A stretch of DNA of 64,000 nucleotides from a virus (Duplodnaviria; Caudoviricetes): IMG/VR virus record IMGVR_UViG_3300037313_001869, positions 32,001 through 96,000 of that record, one strand, 5' to 3'. The notes beneath the pieces are model-generated. The model saw only the letters and a list, made by a program, of their open reading frames with translations, made no database searches and had not been told where the DNA came from. How positions within the stretch are numbered: position 1 is the stretch's first letter; the number at the start of each line of letters is the position of its first letter. Shown here piece by piece: positions 39,182-48,941 of this stretch. Position numbers and translations under genes: made by a program.

Positions 39182-39277
39182 TCACCGGAGCCGGGAGGTG
39201 GCGAGCGCGAGCGCGATCACCCAAAGAAAGAGGCTCGCGCCGAGCAGAGCCTTGTTCAGCTCCTTCGCGCTGTTCAT
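39182..39277 (-). CDS. 31-aa single-TM peptide
   Basis: MNSAKELNKALLGASLFLWVIALALATSRLR; fills an operon gap. Confidence 0.45.
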   Translation of the reverse strand: MNSAKELNKALLGASLFLWVIALALATSRLR

Positions 39278-39279
39278 GG

Positions 39280-39975
39280 CTAGTTGGCGAGCCTCTTCGG
39301 CTGCCCGCTCTCGAAGACCCGGAGCCGCTCGCTCGTCAGCCGGATCGGAGACTTCTGCGGAGGGGCTTCCTCAGGGGCGCGGGGCTGTTCGATCCACGCC
39401 TTCCACTCCTCGGCCGTCATCTTCTCTTTGCGGAAGTTCTTGGCGCACCAGGCGGCCAGCTCCTCCGAGGTAGCGAAGACGGGAGAGAGCGGGCACCCCT
39501 CGGAAGGGTCGTCCCAGAGCTGCCAGCCAGGGCCCTCGGGGGGCTCCATCGGCGCCCACTCGTCGTAGAGGTTCACGCTCGCGTAGAGCTTCGCCACCGC
39601 CGGGTTCGGGTTCGGCACGAAGCCCTCCCCCTCGCACTCCGGACAGAAGCCGAAGAAGCCCTTGCGCTTCGCCCGAACTTCGACCAGCGAATACTTGAGG
39701 ATGGGCGAGAGGTCGGGCATTCCTCGCTCGCGGAGCTGCTCGACCTCTTCCTCGGTGTGCCCGATTTCGAGGAGCTGTGTGACCTCGTCCTTCGTCGGCT
39801 TGGAGCCCCAGGACCGGAAGCGGTCGAAGAGCTGCTTGGTCGCCGGGTTGAACCCCGTGGCGGCGCAGGTCTGACACGGTACCGGCCCCGGCCAGGGGTT
39901 GTTGTACCCGTGCCAGACCACCCCAAGGGGCCAAGAAAAACCGAGCGCGATGCGTTTGACAGTACGTTGGGTCAT
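39280..39975 (-). CDS. hypothetical phage protein with CxxC pairs
   Basis: FSWPL..VW.GY.NP, CPECEGEG, EPPEGPGWQLW..PLSPVF. Confidence 0.8.
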   Translation of the reverse strand: MTQRTVKRIALGFSWPLGVVWHGYNNPWPGPVPCQTCAATGFNPATKQLFDRFRSWGSKPTKDEVTQLLEIGHTEEEVEQLRERGMPDLSPILKYSLVEVRAKRKGFFGFCPECEGEGFVPNPNPAVAKLYASVNLYDEWAPMEPPEGPGWQLWDDPSEGCPLSPVFATSEELAAWCAKNFRKEKMTAEEWKAWIEQPRAPEEAPPQKSPIRLTSERLRVFESGQPKRLAN

Positions 39976-40002
39976 AGCCGGGCTCCCTTGGGGTGTTGTC
40001 TC

Positions 40003-40770
40003 TCATCCTTCGACGGTCTGCACGGCCCAGAAGTCGGCCGCGAGATCCGAGTCGGTCAGGTACGCATACGGCATCGTGAAGTATCCGGCCTGCGCCCAGC
40101 CCGAGCCCCACGAGTTGCGGACGAGCCAGCGGCCCGTGGCGTCGTCGTACCCTACCACGAGCACGGCATGGCCCCCAAGAAGCTGCTCGCCGGGGGCGGG
40201 CATGTTGAGCACGCCCGTCCTCGCGACCTCATCCGACTCGAACGACTCGTAGACCGAGAAGCCGATGACGACCGGGATGCCCGAGGCGAGGCACGCTTTC
40301 AGGTCGGCGACGGTCTGTGAGACGCGCCGGTAGGTGACGGCCTGGTGCAGGAGAGCCGACTTGTAGGCTGTCTTCGGCGGCTTGTTCGCGAACTTTCGGA
40401 TGTCGTACGGCCAGTAGCTCTCGGGGCACACGCCGTACTGGGCGATCGACTTGATGCCGTCGCGGATCTCGGCGCCCGCATCCGACTGGATGGTGTTCTC
40501 CATCAGCCGCTCGTTGTAGTAAATGAAGAGGCGCGAGGGCAGGAAGTCCTTCTTGCCCTGCTTCTTCACGTCGAACTCGTAGGCCGCCGCGATGGCGTTG
40601 CCCGTACAGCTTCCGAGCTGGCCCTGGTCGTACACCGGGGGGCAGCCAGGGCGAAGATCGACCCTCGACGGAAGCGGCACACCATGAAGGCGGGACGGGG
40701 CCGAGAACTTGTAGTCTCGAACGTCGGGGGTGTCGGGGCGCCAACCGTAACGAGCAACTTTGCGGGTCAT
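40003..40770 (-). CDS. papain-like cysteine protease (C1A)
   Basis: DQGQLGSC, GGHAV, VRNSWG catalytic motifs. Confidence 0.92.
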   Translation of the reverse strand: MTRKVARYGWRPDTPDVRDYKFSAPSRLHGVPLPSRVDLRPGCPPVYDQGQLGSCTGNAIAAAYEFDVKKQGKKDFLPSRLFIYYNERLMENTIQSDAGAEIRDGIKSIAQYGVCPESYWPYDIRKFANKPPKTAYKSALLHQAVTYRRVSQTVADLKACLASGIPVVIGFSVYESFESDEVARTGVLNMPAPGEQLLGGHAVLVVGYDDATGRWLVRNSWGSGWAQAGYFTMPYAYLTDSDLAADFWAVQTVEG

Positions 40771-40801
40771 GCCCCTCTGCGAGGCACAAGTGATTTACGC
40801 C

Positions 40802-41164
40802 TAAGCGAGGCGTCTTCGGTTGGGCCCGCTCGACAACCGACACCATCCCCTCGGCGTACCCGCCCGGACCGAGCCGCACCTCGTAGGCCCCCTCTTCGAG
40901 CGCCTTGACGATCCTGCGGGTCATCTCCGCGTAGTCGCCTGCGCCCTCGACCGAATAGACCGCCTCCACGTACGTCCATCCCCTCGGGCCACGCTCGACT
41001 TGCACGCCCTCTTCGCCGACCTCGAAGCCTTTCTTCCGCAGAAAGGCCGCGACGTGCTGCGGCGTGGTCGGTGCGAGCTGGGTACCCTGCCGGTAGATTG
41101 ACGCGATCTTCTCGGCTTGGGCGCGCTCACGGTACCTGGAGGCGATTCGGTATGCCTGCGACAT
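40802..41164 (-). CDS. hypothetical protein (ends at TTA)
   Basis: In-frame TTA 31 nt before the protease start; otherwise would overlap it by about 540 nt. Confidence 0.7.
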
Positions 41165-41430
41165 CCTGCCTAAGATTCTCGAATAAGTACGTCCTCACGG
41201 GGACCTTGAGGAAGGACATACACCGCCACCTCAGCTTTTTTTCAGCTTGACGGGCCCAGGCTTTGACATAACTATCCCCGCCTTCACAAAGGATTCTAAC
41301 GCACGGCATCGACAAAAACCACCGGAAAAACAGGGCCTTACGTGCCCACGCAGCACCACCCCACGGGCGCCCGTGGGCGGATTTCACGCCCCTGGCGCCA
41401 TCCAACAACAACCCCAACAGGAGTTTTCCT

Positions 41431-42141
41431 TTGGAAACCATCATCAACTGGCTTGTGAGCATCATGATCGCCGTCGCCCCTCTGGGCGCCCCCTCGTACA
41501 TCCCCGAGGCGAAAGAGACGGCAGAAGAACGGCAAGCCCGGTACGAATCGTTCGCACGAGACCTCGTCGAGGTTGCGTTCGACGAGGACGAACAGCCCCT
41601 CTACGGGGGTAAGAACGCACGAGCGTTCACGGCCCTGACCCAGCTCGCGGTTGCGACGTTCGAGTCTCGTCTCCGTCGCGACGTGGACTTCGGCAAGGGC
41701 AAGTATGCCAAGGGGGACGGCGGCAAGTCGTGGTGCCCTGTGCAGATTCAGCTCGGCAAGGCGAGGCCGTCGAACGGCAAGACGCCGCTTCGGATCGTGC
41801 TGACGAGCGACGGAGGCTTCGAGTTCACGAACGACCCGGACAAGGGCTTCGGTGGCGAGGACCTCGTGGGCGAGGGCAACCGCAAGAACTGCCTCCGAGC
41901 GGGGCTCCACATCATGCGCCGATCGTTCGGTGCGTGCCGGTCTCTGCCCGTCCAGGACAGGCTCCGGGCGTACGCAAGCGGGTCGTGCAGCAAGGGCTCG
42001 AAAGAGAGCCAGGCCCGCATGAACCTTGCGATCCGATGGATGACCCAGAAGGCCCCTCCGATGGCCGATGCCGAGATCATCGACCTGCTTCGGCCGAAGA
42101 CGGACGAAGATAGTCCGGTCGCATCGGCTCTCATGCCCTGA
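41431..42141 (+). CDS. lytic transglycosylase/lysozyme-like protein with N-terminal signal anchor
   Basis: AGGAG + TTG start; hydrophobic N-terminus; ATFESR putative catalytic Glu. Confidence 0.55.
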   Translation: METIINWLVSIMIAVAPLGAPSYIPEAKETAEERQARYESFARDLVEVAFDEDEQPLYGGKNARAFTALTQLAVATFESRLRRDVDFGKGKYAKGDGGKSWCPVQIQLGKARPSNGKTPLRIVLTSDGGFEFTNDPDKGFGGEDLVGEGNRKNCLRAGLHIMRRSFGACRSLPVQDRLRAYASGSCSKGSKESQARMNLAIRWMTQKAPPMADAEIIDLLRPKTDEDSPVASALMP

Positions 42142-42159
42142 GCGGTGTACCCTCTGGGC

Positions 42160-42375
42160 ATGTCCGACAAAAGCTCTTCCTCTGCATCTGGCGGCATCAC
42201 CTTCACGACCCTACTCGGCCTGCTCTTCATCGGCTTGAAACTCGGGAAGGTGATCGACTGGTCGTGGCTCTGGGTGCTCGCGCCCTTCTGGCTCGGCTAC
42301 GCGGTCGTCCTCGGGGTCGTCCTGCTCATCGGGGGCGTTGCTCTCGCGCTCGCCTTTTTCGACAGCCGCAGGTGA
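42160..42375 (+). CDS. small two-TM phage membrane protein (holin candidate)
   Basis: LFIGLKL..VIDWSWLWVLAPFW; motif 10 nt upstream. Confidence 0.7.
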   Translation: MSDKSSSSASGGITFTTLLGLLFIGLKLGKVIDWSWLWVLAPFWLGYAVVLGVVLLIGGVALALAFFDSRR

Positions 42376-42414
42376 CCTGTTTTCGGCGGTTCTTCTTATG
42401 AAACCGCCGTCAAC

Positions 42415-42783
42415 ATGAAGCTCTCCGACCAGGAACTCAAGGATCTCAAGAGCCAGTGCGTCAAGGCGACAGGCACCGGCGCTCACATCGGCCACGCCGC
42501 CCACCTTCTCCTCGACCTCATCGCCGAGGTTCAGGAGTGCCGGGCCATGCACAAGGAGGCCGCGATGGCGGCCGAACCTGCGATGGCTCCCACGAAGGCC
42601 GAGGCCCCCATGATGGCTCCCGCGAAGGCCGAAGAGAAGGCCGAGGAGCCTGCGAAGGCCGAGGAGCCCGAAGCCGAGAAGAAGGCCGAGGGCGAGGTGG
42701 TCAAGGACGAGAAGGACGAAGAGCCCGAGGCCGAGGAGCCCAAGGCGAAGGCCGGCAAGAAGAGCAAGAAGAGCGAAGGCTGA
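42415..42783 (+). CDS. Ala/Glu/Lys-rich low-complexity protein
   Basis: Strong GC3 bias; AKAEE repeats. Confidence 0.75.
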   Translation: MKLSDQELKDLKSQCVKATGTGAHIGHAAHLLLDLIAEVQECRAMHKEAAMAAEPAMAPTKAEAPMMAPAKAEEKAEEPAKAEEPEAEKKAEGEVVKDEKDEEPEAEEPKAKAGKKSKKSEG

Positions 42784-42811
42784 TCTCTTCTCGTGACCGC
42801 CGCCGGGCAAA

Positions 42812-42847
42812 GAAGGCCGGAAGCTCCATCGGGGCTCCCGGCCTTTG
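42812..42847. terminator. terminator hairpin
   Basis: AAGGCCGGAAGCTCC-ATC-GGGGCTCCCGGCCTTT between convergent genes. Confidence 0.6.
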
Positions 42848-42850
42848 GCG

Positions 42851-43096
42851 TTAGTTGGGCTGGTAGATCGCCTGCGGGTTGGCGCCTTCGAGGTTCGCCT
42901 GCTTGGTCAGCCGAAGCAGAAATTTTGGGCGGGCGGGATCGTCGGGGCTCGTGAACGCCGTGTAGCCTGCCCACCCCTGGCAGCACGAGCAGACGCTCAC
43001 CAGGACCACGTACCCCGCTCGTTGGAGGCTACGGGCGCGGTCCTGGATGGCGATGACGGTGTCGAAAAACTCTTCGGTGTATTTTTCCCGGGCCAT
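42851..43096 (-). CDS. small hypothetical protein (CSCC)
   Basis: CGGTGTA 8 nt upstream. Confidence 0.65.
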   Translation of the reverse strand: MAREKYTEEFFDTVIAIQDRARSLQRAGYVVLVSVCSCCQGWAGYTAFTSPDDPARPKFLLRLTKQANLEGANPQAIYQPN

Positions 43097-43120
43097 ACAG
43101 GCCCTACACCGAAGCTCGGC

Positions 43121-44239
43121 TCAGGCCGCCCGCTTCAGCGCCGCATCGAGAAATGCCTGGCGGGTCCTCAGGCCCACGATACCGTCGGGCACAAGACCGC
43201 AGCGCCGCTGGAACTGGACGATGGCCGCCTTGGTCTTCGCGCCCATCTTGCCGTCGGCGCCCGACGGGCCGATGTCGTAGCCCTCGGCGATGAGCGCTCG
43301 CTGGTACTCCTCCACCTCGTCGAAGTCGAGGAGCGTGAGCCCCTTCGGTACCTCGGGCAGCCCATCCTGCCAGGTCTGAAGCTCAGCGGCGAAGTCGGGC
43401 AGGTCGACGCCGAAGAGCGATTCGAGCGCAGGACGGATCTTGTTGTAGCGGCCCGGGTAGATCGCGATCTCAGGGCCGAACGTGAGCTGCCGCAGAACGT
43501 CGATGCACCAGGTCTTCGACCACGGCTGCGCCTTCGACCCGGAAGCGCCGATGAGAAGGTGCTTCGAGGCAACGGCCGGGAGGTTGGCCGCGAACGAGAT
43601 GTACCCGGCCCGAAGAGCCCCGGCGAGCCCCTCGTTGTCCGGGGGGCTACCGGGCCCGAAGAGCAGGGCCCGAGCTTCCTTCATCAGAAAGCCCATCATC
43701 CGGGGGGCCGTGAAGTCGACTTGGGCTCGCTGCGCCGTCGGCGACTCCCACACGTTCGCCAGGCACGCAGCCCAGAGTCTCGCGTGGGCCTTCGAGGCAT
43801 CGTCCCACATCATCCCGTCGGACTGGTCGAGAAAGAGCTGCTGCTGCTCGGGAATGCGGTCGACCTCGCCGCGGGCGTCCTGGAAGTGGAAGCGCCACTT
43901 ACCGCGGGCCGTCTTGCGGAACTCGGCCCCTGAGGCGGCCATGGCGGGCCCAAGCACGTTGGCGATCCAACTGAGGTCCCGCTCGGCCACCACCCCGAGC
44001 ATGTCGGAGACGCCGTACATCCCTGCCTCACCCCACTGGATGGCCCCGACCGTGGCGATCATCCGGTCGTACATGTTCACAGCGTCGAGGGCGCCTCCCT
44101 CGGTCCGCGAGACGACCCAGAGGAGCTTGTCCTCCCACCGGGGCGTGGCGGGGAGGACGTACGGGATCGACCCGTGCCAGTACGGGCCGGAATACTGAAG
44201 GTAGCTACCCCAACGGACCTGCTCGGGCGTGATCGGCAT
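43121..44239 (-). CDS. peptidoglycan-binding domain protein, probable muralytic enzyme
   Basis: C-terminal ADGKMGAKTKAAIVQFQ...PDGIVGLRT; N-terminal TEGG..DAVN.YD. Confidence 0.8.
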   Translation of the reverse strand: MPITPEQVRWGSYLQYSGPYWHGSIPYVLPATPRWEDKLLWVVSRTEGGALDAVNMYDRMIATVGAIQWGEAGMYGVSDMLGVVAERDLSWIANVLGPAMAASGAEFRKTARGKWRFHFQDARGEVDRIPEQQQLFLDQSDGMMWDDASKAHARLWAACLANVWESPTAQRAQVDFTAPRMMGFLMKEARALLFGPGSPPDNEGLAGALRAGYISFAANLPAVASKHLLIGASGSKAQPWSKTWCIDVLRQLTFGPEIAIYPGRYNKIRPALESLFGVDLPDFAAELQTWQDGLPEVPKGLTLLDFDEVEEYQRALIAEGYDIGPSGADGKMGAKTKAAIVQFQRRCGLVPDGIVGLRTRQAFLDAALKRAA

Positions 44240-44275
44240 GGTGCTTCTCCTGCCGATCACCCGGACTACAGGAGA

Positions 44276-44509
44276 TTAGTAAGGCCGGCGGGGGGCCGGC
44301 TGGGCCACCTCCTCGGCTTTGAGGACCTTTGGCCGGTAGGGATGCTCGTTCGCGGGCATGGGTACCCGACGGGGTTCGCCCGGCCCGTGCTTCGGGTTCG
44401 GCTTCGTGAAGCTCGTTTCGAGCACCGAAGCTCCCCAGGAAGCGGCATCCTCGGCCGTGGTGTCGTCGGGCATTTCGATCTCCAAAATGACGTGGTAGCG
44501 GCGGGACAT
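44276..44509 (-). CDS. hypothetical protein
   Basis: GGTGTA motif 10 nt upstream. Confidence 0.6.
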   Translation of the reverse strand: MSRRYHVILEIEMPDDTTAEDAASWGASVLETSFTKPNPKHGPGEPRRVPMPANEHPYRPKVLKAEEVAQPAPRRPY

Positions 44510-44627
44510 ACCCACCCCCTACACCACCCCAGACAATGTCAGGGCGGACAATCAAAATCCCTAGGCCGCTCAGAGATCGCGGTGTAGATCAGCGCCGGAC
44601 GCAACAAGACCCCGCAAGGAGCCTCCC

Positions 44628-46997
44628 ATGGCAACGCGCAAGTCACCCGCAGATCCCACCACGACCAACTACCCCGTCGCCAGCGACCTCTTTCTCGTGA
44701 GCCAGCAGGTCAGCAAGACCGAGGAGGCCAAGCCCGCGGCCCCTCCCCCGACCAACCACATCGTCTGCATCGACTGCTCGGGCAGCATGTATAGCGACCT
44801 TCCCCGCCTGCGGGATGGGCTCAAGAACCGGCTGCCGTCGCTCATCGGCGAGAAGGACACGCTCTCGATCATCTGGTTCTCGGGCAGGGGCGAGCACGGC
44901 GTGCTCATCGAGGCCGAGCCGGTCGCGACGCTGACCGACCTCTCGAACGTCAACAAGGCCATCGACCGCTGGATCAACTGCGTGGGCCTCACGGGCTTCA
45001 AGGAGCCCATCGAGGACGTGGCCCAGGTGGCCGAGCGGGTGGCGAAGAAGCGCCCGGGCACCGTCTGCTCGCTCATCTTCATGAGCGACGGCGGCGACAA
45101 CCAGTGGTCGCGCCCCGACATCCTGAAGGCCATGGAGAAGGCCGCGAAGGGCCTCGCCAGCACCACGATCGTCGAGTACGGCTACTACGCCGACCGCACG
45201 CTGCTCGCCCAGATGGCCGAGAAGGCCGGCGGGGCGCTCATCTTCGCCCGGGACTTCGGCTCCTACGTGCCGGCGTTCGAGGGGGCCCTCCAGAAGAAGC
45301 CCGCGGGGGCGAAGCGGGTCGAGGTCGCGATCGGCGGGGACCCCGTCGGGGGCTTCGTCTACGCCCTCGTGGACAACGACCTCATCACCTACGCCGTCGA
45401 AGGCGGCAAGGTCACGGTACCCGAGGGCCTCTCCCGGCTCTACTACCTCTCGCCGTCGATGGTGGGCGGGACCCGGGGAGGCGAGATCACGACCATCGCC
45501 AAGGGCCCGGCGAGCGACGAGCACGGGGCGATCAACGCCGCCTACGCCGCCGTCTCGCTCTTCTCGGTCCGCATGAAGCCGGACGTGGTCTACCCGCTGC
45601 TCAAGTCGCTCGGCGACGTGGCGTTCATCGAGCGCTTCTCGACCTGCTTCGGCAAGCCCAAGTACAGCGAGTTCATGGACCTCGCGAAGCAGGCGGCCTT
45701 CGGCAAGGGCCGCTTCACGAAGGGCTACGACCCCTCGCGCGTGCCGCGCGAGGACGCCTTCACCGTGCTCGATCTGCTGGAGATCCTGACCGAGACGGAC
45801 GAGAACCGCGTCCTGCTCGACGACCCGGCGTTCAAGTACAACCCCATCGGCCGCGGAAGGGTCGACGCCTCCGAGACGTTCTCGGCAGCCGAGACGGCCG
45901 AGATGGAAGCCATCCAGAAGGCGATGGCCGGCGAGAAAGACGCGAAGAAGGTGAAGGAGCTGTCGGCCCGGCTCGCTGCCCTCACGGCCAGCAAGGGCGA
46001 GGCACTCAAGTTCGTCGCCACCCCCGCACCCGACGGCTACTCGGTCTCGTCGCTCAACTTCCACGAGGAGCGGCCGAACATCAGCTTCCTCGTGCGCAAG
46101 ACAGGCACGGTCGACATCAGCTCACGCCTCACCCCCGAGCTGAAGGGCAAGCTGCCCGAGGTTTTCCCGACCTTCATCTACCGCAACTACGCGGTTGTGA
46201 AGGACGGCATGGGCAACATCGACCGTCTGCCGGTCAAGCTCTCGGCCGACTCGATGGCCAAGATCGACGCGGCCGTCAAGGACGGGCGGGCTCCGGCGGA
46301 CATCTGGGCGGCACCGAACGTCATCAACGTGGGCATCCTCCCGGTCGTCAACCGCAAGATGACCAAGGCCGTCAGCGCCAAGACCCTCTTCGAGGCCGAG
46401 TACGAGCTGGCGAAGGCCCGCGGCGCCCAGAAGGTCTACAACACGATCAAGAAGGAGAAGTTCCCGCGCAAGAGCGAGGGCTTCGAGACCCAGTACGGCG
46501 CCGACGCCGCCAAGTGGCTGAAGGAGCAGGGCTTCACCGACTACTCGGGCTTCGGCCCGAAGGTCGTGCAGGCCGAGGCCAAGGACGTTTACATGGCCAA
46601 GGAGCTGTCGGTCAGCCTGAAGGGCCTGTCGACCATCCCCTCGCTGAAGGAGGCGAAGGAGAAGATCGCCAAGGGCAAGGTCACCGCCTCCGTCCAGCTC
46701 ATGAAGCCGGCGATCGACAACGTCGAGACCTTCCTCGCCTCCGAGGGCTACAAGAAGGCGTCCGATGCCGAGAAGGACAAGCTCTTCGAGGCGTGGATCG
46801 ACGCCAACGCCAAGGCCACGACGACGTGGGTGCGGGCGCTCCTGCACAACATCGCCCGGCTGAAGTTCGGCGTGGTCGTCGGCCAGGTCTGGTTCTCGGA
46901 GTTCTCCTCGATCGAAGAGAACACCATGACCCTCGCGCTCGACGGAGGCACGGTCGAGGCCAAGGTCGAGATGAAAGAGGTCGAACAGAAAATCTAG
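44628..46997 (+). CDS. von Willebrand factor A domain protein
   Basis: MIDAS DCSGS...T...MSDG; AAGGAG RBS; very strong codon bias. Confidence 0.88.
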   Translation: MATRKSPADPTTTNYPVASDLFLVSQQVSKTEEAKPAAPPPTNHIVCIDCSGSMYSDLPRLRDGLKNRLPSLIGEKDTLSIIWFSGRGEHGVLIEAEPVATLTDLSNVNKAIDRWINCVGLTGFKEPIEDVAQVAERVAKKRPGTVCSLIFMSDGGDNQWSRPDILKAMEKAAKGLASTTIVEYGYYADRTLLAQMAEKAGGALIFARDFGSYVPAFEGALQKKPAGAKRVEVAIGGDPVGGFVYALVDNDLITYAVEGGKVTVPEGLSRLYYLSPSMVGGTRGGEITTIAKGPASDEHGAINAAYAAVSLFSVRMKPDVVYPLLKSLGDVAFIERFSTCFGKPKYSEFMDLAKQAAFGKGRFTKGYDPSRVPREDAFTVLDLLEILTETDENRVLLDDPAFKYNPIGRGRVDASETFSAAETAEMEAIQKAMAGEKDAKKVKELSARLAALTASKGEALKFVATPAPDGYSVSSLNFHEERPNISFLVRKTGTVDISSRLTPELKGKLPEVFPTFIYRNYAVVKDGMGNIDRLPVKLSADSMAKIDAAVKDGRAPADIWAAPNVINVGILPVVNRKMTKAVSAKTLFEAEYELAKARGAQKVYNTIKKEKFPRKSEGFETQYGADAAKWLKEQGFTDYSGFGPKVVQAEAKDVYMAKELSVSLKGLSTIPSLKEAKEKIAKGKVTASVQLMKPAIDNVETFLASEGYKKASDAEKDKLFEAWIDANAKATTTWVRALLHNIARLKFGVVVGQVWFSEFSSIEENTMTLALDGGTVEAKVEMKEVEQKI

Positions 46998-47034
46998 ATC
47001 GGACCCGCATCGGATCGAACCTAGATCGGAAAAA

Positions 47035-47076
47035 GAAGGCCCCCGGGAGCGTACCTCTCGGGGGCCTTCGCTTTTT
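47035..47076 (+). terminator. intrinsic terminator
   Basis: GAAGGCCCCCGGGAG-loop-CTCTCGGGGGCCTTC, T-run downstream, A-run upstream. Confidence 0.8.
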
Positions 47077-47098
47077 GGCCGGTGTAGACCCCGATCAC

Positions 47099-47458
47099 AT
47101 GTCCACGCTCAAATGGCTCGGCCGGCTCTACGCCATCAGCACCTACGCCCGCGACATCTGGCGGGCCAAGCAGGACCCGGGGCCCGGCGAGGGCGACGGG
47201 TACATCTACGTCGTCCAGGATATCTTCGATCAGTACATCTCGAAGGACTCCCCCGCCGAGCGAGGCAAGGGCATGTGGATGACCAATGCGCTCAAAGGCG
47301 CCCGGCGCTTCTACGACGGCCAGGCGGCGTGGGGATGGGCCACGCGGTCCATCTACCCCGCCCTGCCCATCCGGCTCGGCCCTGACCCGGACTTCAAGCC
47401 CAAAGAAGAGACGGTACCCGATGAAGAAGATAAAGCCGGAACGCCTGAAGGCTCGTGA
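47099..47458 (+). CDS. hypothetical protein
   Basis: CGGTGTA 12 nt upstream. Confidence 0.7.
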   Translation: MSTLKWLGRLYAISTYARDIWRAKQDPGPGEGDGYIYVVQDIFDQYISKDSPAERGKGMWMTNALKGARRFYDGQAAWGWATRSIYPALPIRLGPDPDFKPKEETVPDEEDKAGTPEGS

Positions 47459-47654
47459 GCCCTCGGCCGTCGCAGCCGTGAAGCTGTCCCCCGCCTTCGG
47501 CTGGTACTTCACCGACCAGCATATTACGTGGGAGACCTCCTCGAAGCGCTACCGGACGCAAGACGAGGCCGTCTCAGGCGCCCTCGCGGCCGGCTTCGCG
47601 GCCGTGAAGGTCGACGGCAAGATCGTCGCCAAGCGCCCCAAGAACGAATCGTAA
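47421..47654 (+). CDS. hypothetical protein
   Basis: Packed ORF. Confidence 0.6.
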   Translation: MKKIKPERLKAREPSAVAAVKLSPAFGWYFTDQHITWETSSKRYRTQDEAVSGALAAGFAAVKVDGKIVAKRPKNES

Positions 47655-47670
47655 ATCCAAAGGAGCTATC

Positions 47671-48225
47671 ATGAGCAAGCCCATCGTCCGCCCAGGAAAT
47701 CCCATGTTCACGGCCACTACCCCGGGCACTGTGAGCCTGATGAGCCTTCTTGGCCCCGGGCTACGGTCCGGCAACATCGTCCTCTCCCTCGACCAGACCC
47801 GGAACCTCAACCGGATCTACGGCTTCGACGAGGAGAAGCCGAACCAGAGGCCCCCGCGCCCTAAGCCTCCGGAGCCCCTCCCTCCGAACGCTTCGTGGGA
47901 GGCAAAGCGCGACTACAACCGCGCCCTCGAAGACCACAAGAGCGCCGTCGAGAGCTGGGAGAAGTGGACCGACCCACGCTCCTTTCTGCAAGCGGGCGCC
48001 GACCGGAACATGATCCGCTACGCCGAGGCCGACGGGATGCGCCTTGTCGCCTGGATCGCCAAGTACGTCGAGGCCGGAGAAGACCCTCTGAAGACCCTCA
48101 TCCAGATGGCCTCCGACGCGGGTTTCGACGTGGACCCCTCGGACATCGAGTGGGCGAACGGCGAAGAGGGCGAAGAAGACGACGAGGAGGCTCCCGAGGG
48201 GACGCCGGCCGAGGCGACGGTGTAG
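47671..48225 (+). CDS. hypothetical protein
   Basis: AAGGAG RBS; acidic tail. Confidence 0.8.
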   Translation: MSKPIVRPGNPMFTATTPGTVSLMSLLGPGLRSGNIVLSLDQTRNLNRIYGFDEEKPNQRPPRPKPPEPLPPNASWEAKRDYNRALEDHKSAVESWEKWTDPRSFLQAGADRNMIRYAEADGMRLVAWIAKYVEAGEDPLKTLIQMASDAGFDVDPSDIEWANGEEGEEDDEEAPEGTPAEATV

Positions 48226-48233
48226 AGCCAATC

Positions 48234-48767
48234 ATGAAAAGCCCCCAGGAACTTCAGGACCTCCTGCACCAAGCTCTCACCGACATGCCCGCGATGCTCG
48301 ACGACACGGGCGGGTGGGAGAGCCTCGACATCACCTACGAGCCACCCCGGGTCGAGAGGCTCTTCCGCCCCTTCGCGGGCGACTGCCGGCTCTACCTCCA
48401 CCGGCTTCATCCCATCCCGAAGGGGCAGGTTCCGCTCTACCACCCTCACCCGTGGTCGAGCATCGTGCTCATCGTCTCGGGGGGCTACGACATGGGCGTG
48501 GGCTACGGCAAGGGCCAGGAAGAGCCCATCGTGGCGAGCCGCCTCTACCTCCCGCCTGGGACCATCTACTCGATGACCAGCGCCGACGGATGGCACTACG
48601 TGGCCCCGAAGGTGCCCACCCTCAGCATCATGATCACCGGGCCGAGGTGGGACCGCTGGTCACCCGGGCCGCCCCCGGGGACCCGGCTCGGGCCCCTCTC
48701 GAACGAAGACCGGGCGAATCTCTTCGAGGACTTCCGCGCCTATTTTCCAAAGCCCAAGAGTGCCTGA
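48234..48767 (+). CDS. cupin-fold protein
   Basis: LYHPHPW...SGGY...WHYV; motif 9 nt upstream. Confidence 0.7.
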   Translation: MKSPQELQDLLHQALTDMPAMLDDTGGWESLDITYEPPRVERLFRPFAGDCRLYLHRLHPIPKGQVPLYHPHPWSSIVLIVSGGYDMGVGYGKGQEEPIVASRLYLPPGTIYSMTSADGWHYVAPKVPTLSIMITGPRWDRWSPGPPPGTRLGPLSNEDRANLFEDFRAYFPKPKSA

Positions 48768-48941
48768 AGAAGGGCTGGGCTCGCTTGCGTAAAATGCCCC
48801 GCTTGCGCCGCGGGTCAAGTCGGGGACTTTACGCAAGTCAGGCGCGTTGTAGGTACAGGGTATGTGCGCCTCCTTGCGCTGGGAGCTGATGGCCCTCGAC
48901 CGGGCCCGTAGCGGTAAGCTGTCTATCGCCTTCCCTGAGAT

